From Methanobacteriota archaeon (GTDB taxonomy: Archaea > Thermoplasmatota > Thermoplasmata > SG8-5 > JAGLSY01), in the NCBI GenBank assembly GCA_020696385.1, contig JAEHCQ010000002.1:64001-128000 (forward strand): DNA of 64,000 bases, written 5' to 3'. The notes under the pieces were generated by a model, which saw nothing but the letters and a program-made list of their open reading frames with translations, had not been told where the DNA came from and did not search any database. Positions 47,164 to 57,406 of the stretch are shown piece after piece (position 1 is the stretch's first letter; each line of letters starts with the position of its first letter). A program made the translations under genes and the position numbers.

Positions 47164-48531
47164 TCAGTTGAAGGATGATAGTGCTATTCCATCCTTCTTC
47201 AATCTCTCATGGATGGCTTTGATAATCTCAGAGCGTACTATATCACCCTGTGATGGATCTAAAACCCAGGCATTGACACGGTAGATCGATGTATCCTTTG
47301 ATATGGACAATAATCGGATAGTGATTGGATATTTCGGATCCTGGCCAGAAACACCTGCAGAGGAAGCTGTGATTACATCCTCAATAACCTTGAATTCCAC
47401 CTCGGAGCTTATTGGGATATCTATGTCCAGTCTAAGACCATCTACTGTAGTGAAGTTGTGAATGGTGGAGTCCATGACCTTATTGTTTGGAATGTCCATG
47501 AAATCACCGAAATTGGTCCTCACCCTTGTGAAGATCAGGTGCTGTTCGACTACCTCTCCAACATCCTCATCACCCAATTTGACCCAATCTCCCTTGTTTA
47601 TACTGTCTGTAAGCAGAAGGATAATTCCAGATATCGCATTTTTCATACCTGGTGATGTTCCGATAATTAGTAAGATGCTGATAGTTAATCCTATTATGAC
47701 AAAGACAACAAGTTCCAAATGTGGGAATCTCAGAATATCCAGGATGATCATAAGGGTGACGACAAAGGCCAGCCAATAAAGCAAATACCTGATCAAGGTC
47801 CTCACCAGATCAATAAGCTTGTTGGGGATCTTCGTGGGCTTGGATTTGAAATCATCCAGCATCATCGATGTAAGTTTTCCTACCAGGTATAGCACTACGA
47901 GAATAGTGATAAGGGAAAGAACCTCCTGCAAAAGCAGAGAGCCATCCATTCCAGCGAATCCCATTACATTGAATATCTGGTCCCTGACTTCTTGGTTCGG
48001 GGTGGTCAGCAGACCTACCAGAAATGCTATGACTATTCCAAAGAACAATAATATGTATTTCACAAAGCCTTGTGCGAAATCCAAGATACCGGATTTCATC
48101 ATCGCGTCAGGATCTTGCTTGGCCTCTGCTCCTTTTATGGATATCCACACTGAGCTTAACTGAGCAAGCAACAGGAAGCTGAAAAAGGTCACTCCCGCCA
48201 TCAATATGAAGATATAATCAAGGGTGAATTCAAAAAGCGTGATGAAAATATCGATATCCAACATCGCGCCAGCATAAAGAATGGATATCAGGATGAAGAT
48301 TATACTCATCACCCTTACAGCCGAGAATACAGAGTCCAGTGTTCGATCATCCACATAGGTTCTCTCTTTCAATTTGAGGAAACTTATGTATCTCGATAGA
48401 TGAGAGAATATGAAAAGTAATACCGTGAATAGGACTATCCCTATTACCACTAGGAGCGCGTAATCTTCCGGCCCTGCTTCATTCATGATGCCGGTCATTA
48501 TTTTCGAACTGCTTGCCAACATGTTATCCAC
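47164..48531 (-). CDS. MscS-family mechanosensitive channel with extra N-terminal TMs
   Basis: NAISGIILL....GDWV.LG...G.V, IPN.K....I.NF. Confidence 0.85.
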   Translation of the reverse strand: MDNMLASSSKIMTGIMNEAGPEDYALLVVIGIVLFTVLLFIFSHLSRYISFLKLKERTYVDDRTLDSVFSAVRVMSIIFILISILYAGAMLDIDIFITLFEFTLDYIFILMAGVTFFSFLLLAQLSSVWISIKGAEAKQDPDAMMKSGILDFAQGFVKYILLFFGIVIAFLVGLLTTPNQEVRDQIFNVMGFAGMDGSLLLQEVLSLITILVVLYLVGKLTSMMLDDFKSKPTKIPNKLIDLVRTLIRYLLYWLAFVVTLMIILDILRFPHLELVVFVIIGLTISILLIIGTSPGMKNAISGIILLLTDSINKGDWVKLGDEDVGEVVEQHLIFTRVRTNFGDFMDIPNNKVMDSTIHNFTTVDGLRLDIDIPISSEVEFKVIEDVITASSAGVSGQDPKYPITIRLLSISKDTSIYRVNAWVLDPSQGDIVRSEIIKAIHERLKKDGIALSSFN

Positions 48532-48593
48532 AATGGGATGAAATAATCGATTATTTATATTTATGCACAGAAGCTGAAGAATTGGTATGAATA

Positions 48594-51500
48594 TTACTGG
48601 GATAGGGATACTTTCCTCTTCCTACGAACAATACTGAATATGACCATTGGCATGAAGATGACAAATGCGAATGTGCTGTATTCGGATATGATTATGACCA
48701 TCGTGCCAGATGCGAACATCACCCATGTTATTCCGGCATTGGTATTACTGCCTGCTGTGTAATGAGGTGCACCGATCAGGACATCGTTCTTGCTATTACC
48801 ATCCAGGTCGCCCACCTTACACACGGACCAACCGAAATGAGAACTGGCATTGTATGAATAGTTGACATAATCCGCATTGGAGGCACTGATGGTACTGGCC
48901 ATGGTGGCAGAGCCATTGAAAATATACACCGCTCCTTTTCCACTACTGTAATACGGTGCTCCGACGATGACGTCGTCATATGTGTCGCCATTGAAGTCAT
49001 CCAGACCATGGACGGAGTAGCCGAATTTGTCGCCTGAGGATTCGCCTGTAATTGTGACATTGGCCGAGGCAGGGCAATAATACTCGATAGAAATACTATG
49101 TAAAACAGGGGTGGCAGAACCATTTCCATTCATCTCCACTTTGTATCTGAGCTGGCTTCCGGCTGGTTCTCCATTGCTAAATGAATATTCGGAGCCAGAA
49201 GTCAAAGACGGGCTGTAGGTGGTACCTCCATCCCTGGAGACTTTGACTGTCATGGTTTGGCTATTAAGAGTCGCACTCCATGTGGGTGTTACCGATCCGA
49301 CATAATCACCTGCTGTATATGTGTCTGATTCCACATATCCATACGTGTCCACGATATATGTGCTAAGTTTAACATTATCAAGATAGGCCACGGTCGCAGC
49401 TGTTCCAGTTTGGAAAGTAATTATTCCAACATCAACATCATTTATCAGTTCAGCACCGGTTGCTCTGGAGACACCATCAATATAAATGTCATATACAGAT
49501 GGCGTTGCCGAGCAATCAACATCAAGCTGGAAATGATACCATTGATTAGCATTATATGTCTGCAATACCTGAATAGCGCCATCGTAGTATATTATTGTGC
49601 CATCAGTGTAAAACAACATTTGTATGCCAGCTGTATAATCAGACTCTGGTCCAAGAATCTGGAACCAGCCAGTTGTTGTGGTGACACGAGCATCAAATTC
49701 TATAGTGAATGTTGTTGAAAGAGGCATGGACGTCTTGGTAATGTTCACCCTATCAGTGGTGTCTGTGAATTTGACACTGTTATATCCGGAAACACTTTGA
49801 TCATCACTTACTTCAATGGAGCCGCCGGTTTCAGTCACTGTCCATCCACCAGGGTCATCTGAGATTGTTTGAGCATCGAAGTTCTGTGGATTGGTCAAAT
49901 TTACATCCCCAGCGGAAACAGCAAATGTACTGTTGAGGTCTCCGGTATTGAAATCTGCCTGAGTGGTGTTTGATATAGTGCTGGAAGTGAGTCCCATAAT
50001 TGGACTTCCGTAATAGATATAGGCATTTCCATTCGCGGTCCCTGGTGAGCCTATGATGACATCGTCATTTCCATTATTATCAACATCTCCAGCATCAGCC
50101 ACGGACCATCCGAAATGTGTTTTGATAGACGCGCCAGAGACTCTGAGGTACATGTGATCAATGTATACTGTGTCGAGATTAGAATCACTAGTGGATGCAT
50201 CAATCACACCGATATAGAGTGTACCTGTAAAGGCATCCAATGTAGCATCTGAGAAAGATTGGTAAGAATCATCATCGCTTGTTTTTGTGACATCTAACAT
50301 TTTTGTCCAGGAGCTGACGAGACCACTTCCTGTTGTGGAATAGTAAAACTCCATATTCTCTGAATCCTGATTGGTTCTATTGGCCTCCAGATAGAATCTA
50401 GTATCAGTTCCAGTAGTAATACCGGCCATGGTCCATTTATGTTCCAATCTAGTTGAAGCGACCGTTAAGGTGGTGTTCACGCACATATAGTCGATTTCCA
50501 GAGTATCTGCCTGGCTGCCATCAGTAGAGACATTGTCAACAACACCCACATAAAATGCCCCTCCAATGAATCCATCCGCGTCAAGGTCGAATGTGTAGGT
50601 TGTCTGTGCCTGGGCATCGACCGAGAACATGTATGTCCATGCGGCAGTTCCGACATCTCCAGAATTTGTTTCAGCATAATAGAACATGAACTCATCATCC
50701 GGTGTGCCTCCAGAATCCCAGCCAGCGCGAAGCTGGAATTCGTACTGTAGCGCAGAAGATGGGATCGTTGTAAATGTCCATTTGTGCTCGAGGCTGTAGT
50801 GAGATGGGATTGTAACAGACATCGTTACATTTACATCATCCAACCAAACAGCTTCCCCATTTGAACCATGTGCACGCCACTGGATCTGGAAAGCACTATG
50901 CAGATATTGTGAATCGGTTATCGTCTCTTGATAGTTATACCAAGTATCCTCAGTAGATTGCAGGGTTGCCAAATCCTCTATGAGATCCCAAGTTCCAGTG
51001 TTATCATAGTAATAGAGTCCATATTCAGTTGCATCTGCATCATCTTCGCGCCACCAGAAGTCAACAGTGATACTGGTTGCAGATGCTGTATCCATTGATG
51101 GTGATTGAAGGGTACCAGATACACCTGCACCAGTGGAGCCATCAAAATCCGCAGAGTACGTACCGGTATTTGCATAATCGGTTTCCGGGTTCCAAGCCGT
51201 TCCTGCGGCTTCGGTCCAATCGGCGGGCCAAGAGGTACTCTCAAAGCTCTCTGTGGGGATCAAAGTAATAGTACTGATCCCGCCAGTCACCAGTGCCTCT
51301 ACAATGTCCTGTGTTGTACCATCCAGATTCGCCGTTTCTGTATAATCATTCACATTGGATCCAGTATTTGATTGGTTGTAGGTTTCAGATGTGGCAAAAT
51401 CCTCATCATAGGTCGCAGCTGCGCTGACCTCGGTTATGCTCTCATAGCCATCATTCTGGGTCTGGGTACTAGTATGTGTGTTCGTCACTGTTCCAGTATC

Positions 51501-54500
51501 AGCGATGTCCGCTCCTGTGGTGAAATCTGTGGATGCAAATTGAGGTATTCCAGCGATCACCTTGTATGGCGTTGATACAAAGTACATGTGATCCACATAT
51601 AGGGTATCATTGACCGTATTACCCGTGCTCCTATCCGCATCAATGACCCCCACATAGACAATTCCAGAAAGGCCAGATAATGTATCATCTGTGTAAGATT
51701 GATATGAACCATCGTCAGTTGTCTTTGTCACTGTGACCATCTTGGTCCAACCAGAGGAGCCTACTGTCCCAGTGCCAGCTGTGGAATAATAGAATTCGAA
51801 ATTATCTCCTTCTGTATTGGAGGTGTGGTTTGCCTCAAGGTAGAATGTATTCTGTGATTTGGATGTCAAAGATATGTTCCATTTATGCTCCAGACTACTT
51901 ACTTTCGGAACATAGGTCACCACTACATCATCTACATAAGCATCTTCATTGAGAGAGGTTCTGTATAGATAGAAGCGTATTGCCAGATTTGGATTGTCAT
52001 TGGCAGAAGCTGGCAGGAGGAAAGATTTATCCGCATAGGCTAAATCTCCAGTTAGTTCTTCAAGTATGACATAGCCAGACCCGACGTCATACTCTGCTCT
52101 GAAATAATCCACTCCCGAATCCAGCCCATTTGTGGCAACGGAATAAGATAAAGTTATACTGTCTTTTCCAGTTGAATCTATTGTTCTGGCGATCGAATTT
52201 GTAGTCACTGAATTCGCGCTTCCCAGATCGCAAGAATAAGTACCTGTATTAACATTCTCAGTACTGGCAAGAGGATCGCCAACAACAGTCCAGCCACCGG
52301 TTGTCAGATCGCCACTTTCAAATCCGTCACTGAAGAATGATGTTCCGCCTCCAGATCCTCCACCCCAAATCTCTTCGATCTCCTCATACCCATCATTACT
52401 GGATTGGGTGCTTGTGTATGTGTTGGTGAGAGTTCCACTAACTGACCAATCAGTGTCCGCGGTCTCACTTGTGGGTAAGCTGAACACATAGGCCTTCTCG
52501 TTCCCAGGCTCCCCGACTATGACCTCGCTTCCAGCACTTCCATCAGTATTTCCTGCTGTGGAAACCGAGAAGCCGAAATTACCATTGGACACAGTTCCGT
52601 TCAATGATACATCTGCTGTTGCGGCTGTAGTTGGTATACTGCCATCACCGTAGAATATGTATGCTTTACCCTTGCCGGAATTGGCATATGGCGCGCCCAC
52701 TATGACATCTGAATTTCCTGAATTGTCATAGTTGCCAGCACCACTCACGCTCGCTCCAAAATCATCACCACTGGCCGCCCCTGTCAGTGTGACATTCGCG
52801 CTCGTAGTTCCTAGGTCCCAACTGCCATCACCGGTAACCTCCTCCCAGTTGAGACCCTTTCCATAGAATATGTACGCATTGCCATTTGTCGTATCTGGCG
52901 CGCCCACTATAATATCATCAAAACCATCATTATCCACATCACCAGCATCGCTCACATCCCAACCAAAATGATCACCAGATGCAGCGCCTGTTATAGTGAC
53001 ATTGGCGAATGCCGCCTGCATGTAATTGCTATTCGATGTGTTGAAACCGTAATATCCAAAGAATACGTAAGCGCGACCTTCATTACCACTGGCACCAGGA
53101 GCTCCCACCACCACATCCGGGTAATTGTCATTATTTACATCTCCAGCATATGAGACATTCCATCCAAATAGATCACTGGCCGCTGATCCATTACCAGATG
53201 TGACCTCGGCCAACTGTAGCATATCCCCGGCCATTGGGGAATCAGATTCTGATCCGGATCGAGTAGCTGGTAGTGTCAGAGGAGTGTCTTCCTCCGTGGC
53301 TGTATCCGAATTCTCATTCCAGGAGATCGTCTCGAAGCTGGCAGATATATCACCCGTAGTCTGTATATCCAGCATGACCTCCAATTGTTTTGAATCATAT
53401 TGGAAATCAGGCATTGTGATCTCGGTCCAGTCCCATTCTCCCTGTGATCGGCCTGTGAACTCCCTGGTCGATGATGATTTTATATCACCATATTTGCCAG
53501 TGAATTCAATTACGTAATCCACACCCAGTCCAGAGCGTGAGTATCCCGTGGTCGTGTCATTGTCCGCATCAACATATATAATGGATCGATCATAGCCATT
53601 CAATGCCGGCACGGGGTCTTCTGGACCTATGTATCTGGTCACCTTGGTATCCTCATTATAGAGTTCTTCGTCAGTTCCACCAGCATTGTAGTCGATCTCA
53701 CCATCACCATCATCATCATTGGAATCCGTATCCAATATGCCATCATTGTTGAAATCGAATTCATAGCCCGGTTCATACTGATCCAATATGCCATCACCAT
53801 CACTATCCACCTGAGAAGGAGTTGTTGATGGAGGTGGAGGTGTGGAAGAAGGTGCCCTGGTACTGGCTGTTATAGGAACACTGGCCCCTCCCATGAAATC
53901 GCCATTTGTCCTTAAGTAAAAGGCTAATTTGGAGCCATCATTGTATGCTCCATATTTACTGATATCGATGGAAGGATTTGAGCCAGTAGTGGGTTCTTCT
54001 ATCTCATCATTCGAGGATGAGGACCAGTCACTGAAACCTCCATCTATCATCACCCCGATCGGAACAACATCAATGTATCCCAGATCATGACTTGAGGAGC
54101 CCGTAGTAAGTGATGCAATCCCTCCAGTCACTGATATCCCTGCGGAGCTGGTTATCTGTGCCCCTATTGTGGTTCCAGAGCCGGCAGATGCAGAAATGTC
54201 CACAGCGACCGTGAAGCTCTGTGTTTGTCCCGCGGGTATGGTGATACCGCCCATATTCAGGTTTATAGTGGATGATAATTGTGAGGTCTCGGCTACGGAA
54301 CTACCCGCACTGTTCAATACCCTGGCCGAAGTTATGGATGATAATGGGGCCGTGCCCTTGAAAGCGATCTGTATGGATTCCAGAACAGCATCTATTTCCG
54401 TCGCTGTAGCATCAAAGCCGAGAAGTGACTGGCCTGCACCGGAGAGTGTCTCCGAACACACACTTCGCTGGTCTATACTAAGAATAGCCAGGGAATTACT

Positions 54501-57221
54501 GACTAGATGATCTGATTTGTCATGATATCCATCATATGATTGTGAATGTACTGCGACCGTGACTGGGCCTGGATCCACCATGTCCAAAGCGGACCAGGCT
54601 ATTTGAGTCTCGACAGTCTGATCCTGTGATCGGGAAACTATGTTACCAACAGAAGTGTAACCATGCCAATCATCATTGTCACTGCCTCTGAATGTGTATA
54701 ACTGGGATCCGACAACATTTCCATTCCAGCCTTTGATCTCCAGCATGAAATCAGCTCCCATTCCTTCGAACATGTAGCCGGTTGTATGATCCTGATCTGT
54801 ATCTAGGAACAGGTGGAACACGTCCATAAGACCAGCATCAGTGACAGGCTCCCCAGCCATTATCTGGCCATTATCAACCACACTGATATGGAAAGAAAGG
54901 TATTTGTCATCATTATTTTCCACAGCAACGCCGACAATATCGATATTTGGATTGAAATCCACACCCTCTGATTGGGATGTTGTCTCGGCGACTCCTTCCC
55001 AATCGGAGAATTCTCCATCAATGACTATGCTGTCTGCTTCGACTGGGGGTGGTGAAAAGGACACCATCGGTATGAGCAGAAGAAGAACAGCGACCAGAGG
55101 GATGATGTATAGTTTCCATTTATTTCGACGAGCCTCACGATTGAACCTGGCCCCTCCTAAACCATTGGTCATTCCGGTCCCATTTGTAAGGCCATTGGTC
55201 ATACCATTTCGTAGTGTCCGGAGACCATTCGTAAGGCCATTGGTGACACCAGTCCCATTTGTGACACCGTTTGTAAGTCCATTGGTTATTCCATTTGTAA
55301 GACCGTTGGTCATGCCATTAGTGCGACCAAGACCATTTGTAAGGCCGTTGGTCATGCCATTAGTGCGACCAAGACCATTTGTAAGGCCGTTGGTCATGCC
55401 ATTAGTGCGACCAAGACCATTTGTAAGGCCGTTGGTCATGCCATTAGTGCGACCAAGACCATTTGTAAGGCCGTTGGTCATGCCATTAGTGCGGCCAAGA
55501 CCATTTGTAAGGCCGTTGGTCATGCCATTAGTGCGACCAAGACCGTTTGTAAGGCCGTTGGTGACACCATTGGTCATACCGTTGGTTCTTCCCTGACTAC
55601 CTTTAGCCAGACCATTTGTCAAGCCTTTACGGACGCCGTTGGTCATGCCCCTATCCTTCGCCACAGGTGGTTGGGATCGGAGTGGTTTGGTAACGGATTC
55701 TATCTTTCTTGCATCGTCCTCAGAGATAGGCTCTGGCTTGTGAGGCATAGCCTCCGCACCCTCTGAGAAGAGATGAGCCAGTTCATCTATCGCCGCTTCA
55801 TCATCCTCAGATATATCTGGAGCAGGAGCCTTGAAAGCCTCTGGCTCTGAATCTAGAGGCTTTACTGTTGATTCGATCAATCCGATCTCATCATCATCCA
55901 GATCCAGGGAATCCAGATCTTCGGAGAGATCAAGATCTAATGAATCCAGCTTATTCGTTATGCTATCCAGAATATCTGATTCTTCATCAGATACCTCATG
56001 GATATGACCGGGCATATCCATGTCTTTATCATCCAGATCCAAAATATCGTTCTGGATCTGCCTCTGCTTTGCCAGCCAGACCTCCTTATCCACCTCGGTG
56101 TCATCCTCTACGGATTCCAACTCGAGGAGCAGGTCTTCCATTTCATCATCGGTTTCAGTAATGGCTGTTGTCACACCAAGCTCCATCGCCCTTTTGTAGC
56201 AAGATGCGGCTTTCTTATGTTCGCCCATTTGTGTGAAGACCTCGGCCTTCATATTCCAGACCCCGGGATAATTGGCATCCAATCTGGTGATCTCATTCAG
56301 GGCCTCGATAGCCTCCTCGTTCCTTTCCATTTTTGACAATACTTCGCCTTTCAGGAACCATTGCTCGATATCCGAAGGATCTGATCGGATCCTGTCCTCG
56401 ATATCATTTAATTGTAAAGTGAGGTCATCATCAATAGCACTTTCTGCCTCATCCTTGAACTTCATACCACATTGATAGCATACATTGTCCCCTTTTTCCA
56501 ATATCGTGCTACATAATGGACAGGCGAACTCCTCGACGGCTTCTTCTATATGCAATTCATCAATGACTGGCTGGCCGATACCCTCAGACTTCTCATCCAG
56601 TGTGACGATTATCTTGATCTTCTGGGCGGATTTAAGGGCTATACCTTCGACAGATAATAGCTCCTCCACACTCGCATCTCTCAGATCATCCACAGTTCTG
56701 AATCCTGCATCGTAGAGAGCCTTGGCCTTTAGAGATCCCAACCCTGGTACGGTTGTCAATAATTGAATGGCCTTGGTCTGTCGCTGCCTGCTGGGGTTTT
56801 CCAATTCCTCGACCTGCATCTGCTCCAGTATCTCATTCACGCTTTCTTTTGATCCCAGAATACTATTGAGCGGGTGGTCTTTATCGGGGATTGCATTTTT
56901 AAGATTATTAAGAAGAAGGTCACTGGCACTATCAAAATTACCAGTTCCAGCCTGGGCTCTGGCAATATTCAAAGTAAGTCCAGGAGTACTTGGAGCCAGA
57001 TCTTTGACTCTGTTAAAGCATTTGATCGCATCTTGATCCTTGCCAAGTGATAAAAGGGTCTCTCCATAAGCCATCCACAGCCTTGGATTATTGGGATTGG
57101 AATTGAGTAGTCTCTTTTGTCTTTCCAAAAGTGACTCACCTACTTTGGCAGGCTTGGAATCTGAGGCTTTTCCCCATTTGGAGATGAAGTCCTCTGTGAA
57201 CCGTTTCTTATCTGGCGCCAT
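48594..57221 (-). CDS. Giant (~2,875 aa) membrane-spanning protein: TPR, HhH, Zn ribbon, TPR, (xTNG)n, TM, extracellular beta domains, Ca-binding Dx[DN]xDG motifs, 7 FG-GAP blades, PEF-CTERM-like tail
   Basis: Motifs read from the translation; ATG 57221 has a GGAG RBS. Confidence 0.9.
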   Translation of the reverse strand: MAPDKKRFTEDFISKWGKASDSKPAKVGESLLERQKRLLNSNPNNPRLWMAYGETLLSLGKDQDAIKCFNRVKDLAPSTPGLTLNIARAQAGTGNFDSASDLLLNNLKNAIPDKDHPLNSILGSKESVNEILEQMQVEELENPSRQRQTKAIQLLTTVPGLGSLKAKALYDAGFRTVDDLRDASVEELLSVEGIALKSAQKIKIIVTLDEKSEGIGQPVIDELHIEEAVEEFACPLCSTILEKGDNVCYQCGMKFKDEAESAIDDDLTLQLNDIEDRIRSDPSDIEQWFLKGEVLSKMERNEEAIEALNEITRLDANYPGVWNMKAEVFTQMGEHKKAASCYKRAMELGVTTAITETDDEMEDLLLELESVEDDTEVDKEVWLAKQRQIQNDILDLDDKDMDMPGHIHEVSDEESDILDSITNKLDSLDLDLSEDLDSLDLDDDEIGLIESTVKPLDSEPEAFKAPAPDISEDDEAAIDELAHLFSEGAEAMPHKPEPISEDDARKIESVTKPLRSQPPVAKDRGMTNGVRKGLTNGLAKGSQGRTNGMTNGVTNGLTNGLGRTNGMTNGLTNGLGRTNGMTNGLTNGLGRTNGMTNGLTNGLGRTNGMTNGLTNGLGRTNGMTNGLTNGLGRTNGMTNGLTNGITNGLTNGVTNGTGVTNGLTNGLRTLRNGMTNGLTNGTGMTNGLGGARFNREARRNKWKLYIIPLVAVLLLLIPMVSFSPPPVEADSIVIDGEFSDWEGVAETTSQSEGVDFNPNIDIVGVAVENNDDKYLSFHISVVDNGQIMAGEPVTDAGLMDVFHLFLDTDQDHTTGYMFEGMGADFMLEIKGWNGNVVGSQLYTFRGSDNDDWHGYTSVGNIVSRSQDQTVETQIAWSALDMVDPGPVTVAVHSQSYDGYHDKSDHLVSNSLAILSIDQRSVCSETLSGAGQSLLGFDATATEIDAVLESIQIAFKGTAPLSSITSARVLNSAGSSVAETSQLSSTINLNMGGITIPAGQTQSFTVAVDISASAGSGTTIGAQITSSAGISVTGGIASLTTGSSSHDLGYIDVVPIGVMIDGGFSDWSSSSNDEIEEPTTGSNPSIDISKYGAYNDGSKLAFYLRTNGDFMGGASVPITASTRAPSSTPPPPSTTPSQVDSDGDGILDQYEPGYEFDFNNDGILDTDSNDDDGDGEIDYNAGGTDEELYNEDTKVTRYIGPEDPVPALNGYDRSIIYVDADNDTTTGYSRSGLGVDYVIEFTGKYGDIKSSSTREFTGRSQGEWDWTEITMPDFQYDSKQLEVMLDIQTTGDISASFETISWNENSDTATEEDTPLTLPATRSGSESDSPMAGDMLQLAEVTSGNGSAASDLFGWNVSYAGDVNNDNYPDVVVGAPGASGNEGRAYVFFGYYGFNTSNSNYMQAAFANVTITGAASGDHFGWDVSDAGDVDNDGFDDIIVGAPDTTNGNAYIFYGKGLNWEEVTGDGSWDLGTTSANVTLTGAASGDDFGASVSGAGNYDNSGNSDVIVGAPYANSGKGKAYIFYGDGSIPTTAATADVSLNGTVSNGNFGFSVSTAGNTDGSAGSEVIVGEPGNEKAYVFSLPTSETADTDWSVSGTLTNTYTSTQSSNDGYEEIEEIWGGGSGGGTSFFSDGFESGDLTTGGWTVVGDPLASTENVNTGTYSCDLGSANSVTTNSIARTIDSTGKDSITLSYSVATNGLDSGVDYFRAEYDVGSGYVILEELTGDLAYADKSFLLPASANDNPNLAIRFYLYRTSLNEDAYVDDVVVTYVPKVSSLEHKWNISLTSKSQNTFYLEANHTSNTEGDNFEFYYSTAGTGTVGSSGWTKMVTVTKTTDDGSYQSYTDDTLSGLSGIVYVGVIDADRSTGNTVNDTLYVDHMYFVSTPYKVIAGIPQFASTDFTTGADIADTGTVTNTHTSTQTQNDGYESITEVSAAATYDEDFATSETYNQSNTGSNVNDYTETANLDGTTQDIVEALVTGGISTITLIPTESFESTSWPADWTEAAGTAWNPETDYANTGTYSADFDGSTGAGVSGTLQSPSMDTASATSITVDFWWREDDADATEYGLYYYDNTGTWDLIEDLATLQSTEDTWYNYQETITDSQYLHSAFQIQWRAHGSNGEAVWLDDVNVTMSVTIPSHYSLEHKWTFTTIPSSALQYEFQLRAGWDSGGTPDDEFMFYYAETNSGDVGTAAWTYMFSVDAQAQTTYTFDLDADGFIGGAFYVGVVDNVSTDGSQADTLEIDYMCVNTTLTVASTRLEHKWTMAGITTGTDTRFYLEANRTNQDSENMEFYYSTTGSGLVSSWTKMLDVTKTSDDDSYQSFSDATLDAFTGTLYIGVIDASTSDSNLDTVYIDHMYLRVSGASIKTHFGWSVADAGDVDNNGNDDVIIGSPGTANGNAYIYYGSPIMGLTSSTISNTTQADFNTGDLNSTFAVSAGDVNLTNPQNFDAQTISDDPGGWTVTETGGSIEVSDDQSVSGYNSVKFTDTTDRVNITKTSMPLSTTFTIEFDARVTTTTGWFQILGPESDYTAGIQMLFYTDGTIIYYDGAIQVLQTYNANQWYHFQLDVDCSATPSVYDIYIDGVSRATGAELINDVDVGIITFQTGTAATVAYLDNVKLSTYIVDTYGYVESDTYTAGDYVGSVTPTWSATLNSQTMTVKVSRDGGTTYSPSLTSGSEYSFSNGEPAGSQLRYKVEMNGNGSATPVLHSISIEYYCPASANVTITGESSGDKFGYSVHGLDDFNGDTYDDVIVGAPYYSSGKGAVYIFNGSATMASTISASNADYVNYSYNASSHFGWSVCKVGDLDGNSKNDVLIGAPHYTAGSNTNAGITWVMFASGTMVIIISEYSTFAFVIFMPMVIFSIVRRKRKVSLSQ
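55291..55562 (-). repeat. Coding tandem repeat: six near-identical 42-bp units plus a partial unit (GLGRTNGMTNGLTN)
   Basis: Unit ccatttgtaaggccgttggtcatgccattagtgcgaccaaga starts at 55291, 55333, 55375, 55417, 55459 and 55501. Confidence 0.95.
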
Positions 57222-57406
57222 GGTCTCCCTAAATCCCTTTCTATACAAATTGGTAAATACAGTAACTGCCCAGGTTTATACTTACCATTATTGCATAAAC
57301 AACAATTAATTAGAATGCGAGGGGTATATATGAATGTTCTATGTAAAAATATACAACCACTGTATTATAGTATAGTTAGTATATTACAAAATAGTTTTAA
57401 CGATAA

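Noticed and set aside
55291-55562. CRISPR array
   Set aside because: Units are contiguous 42-bp copies with no unique spacers, in frame within a CDS, and no cas genes are present.
54841-55596. 251-aa plus-strand ORF with PFVRPLV repeats
   Set aside because: Antisense shadow of the TNG repeat.
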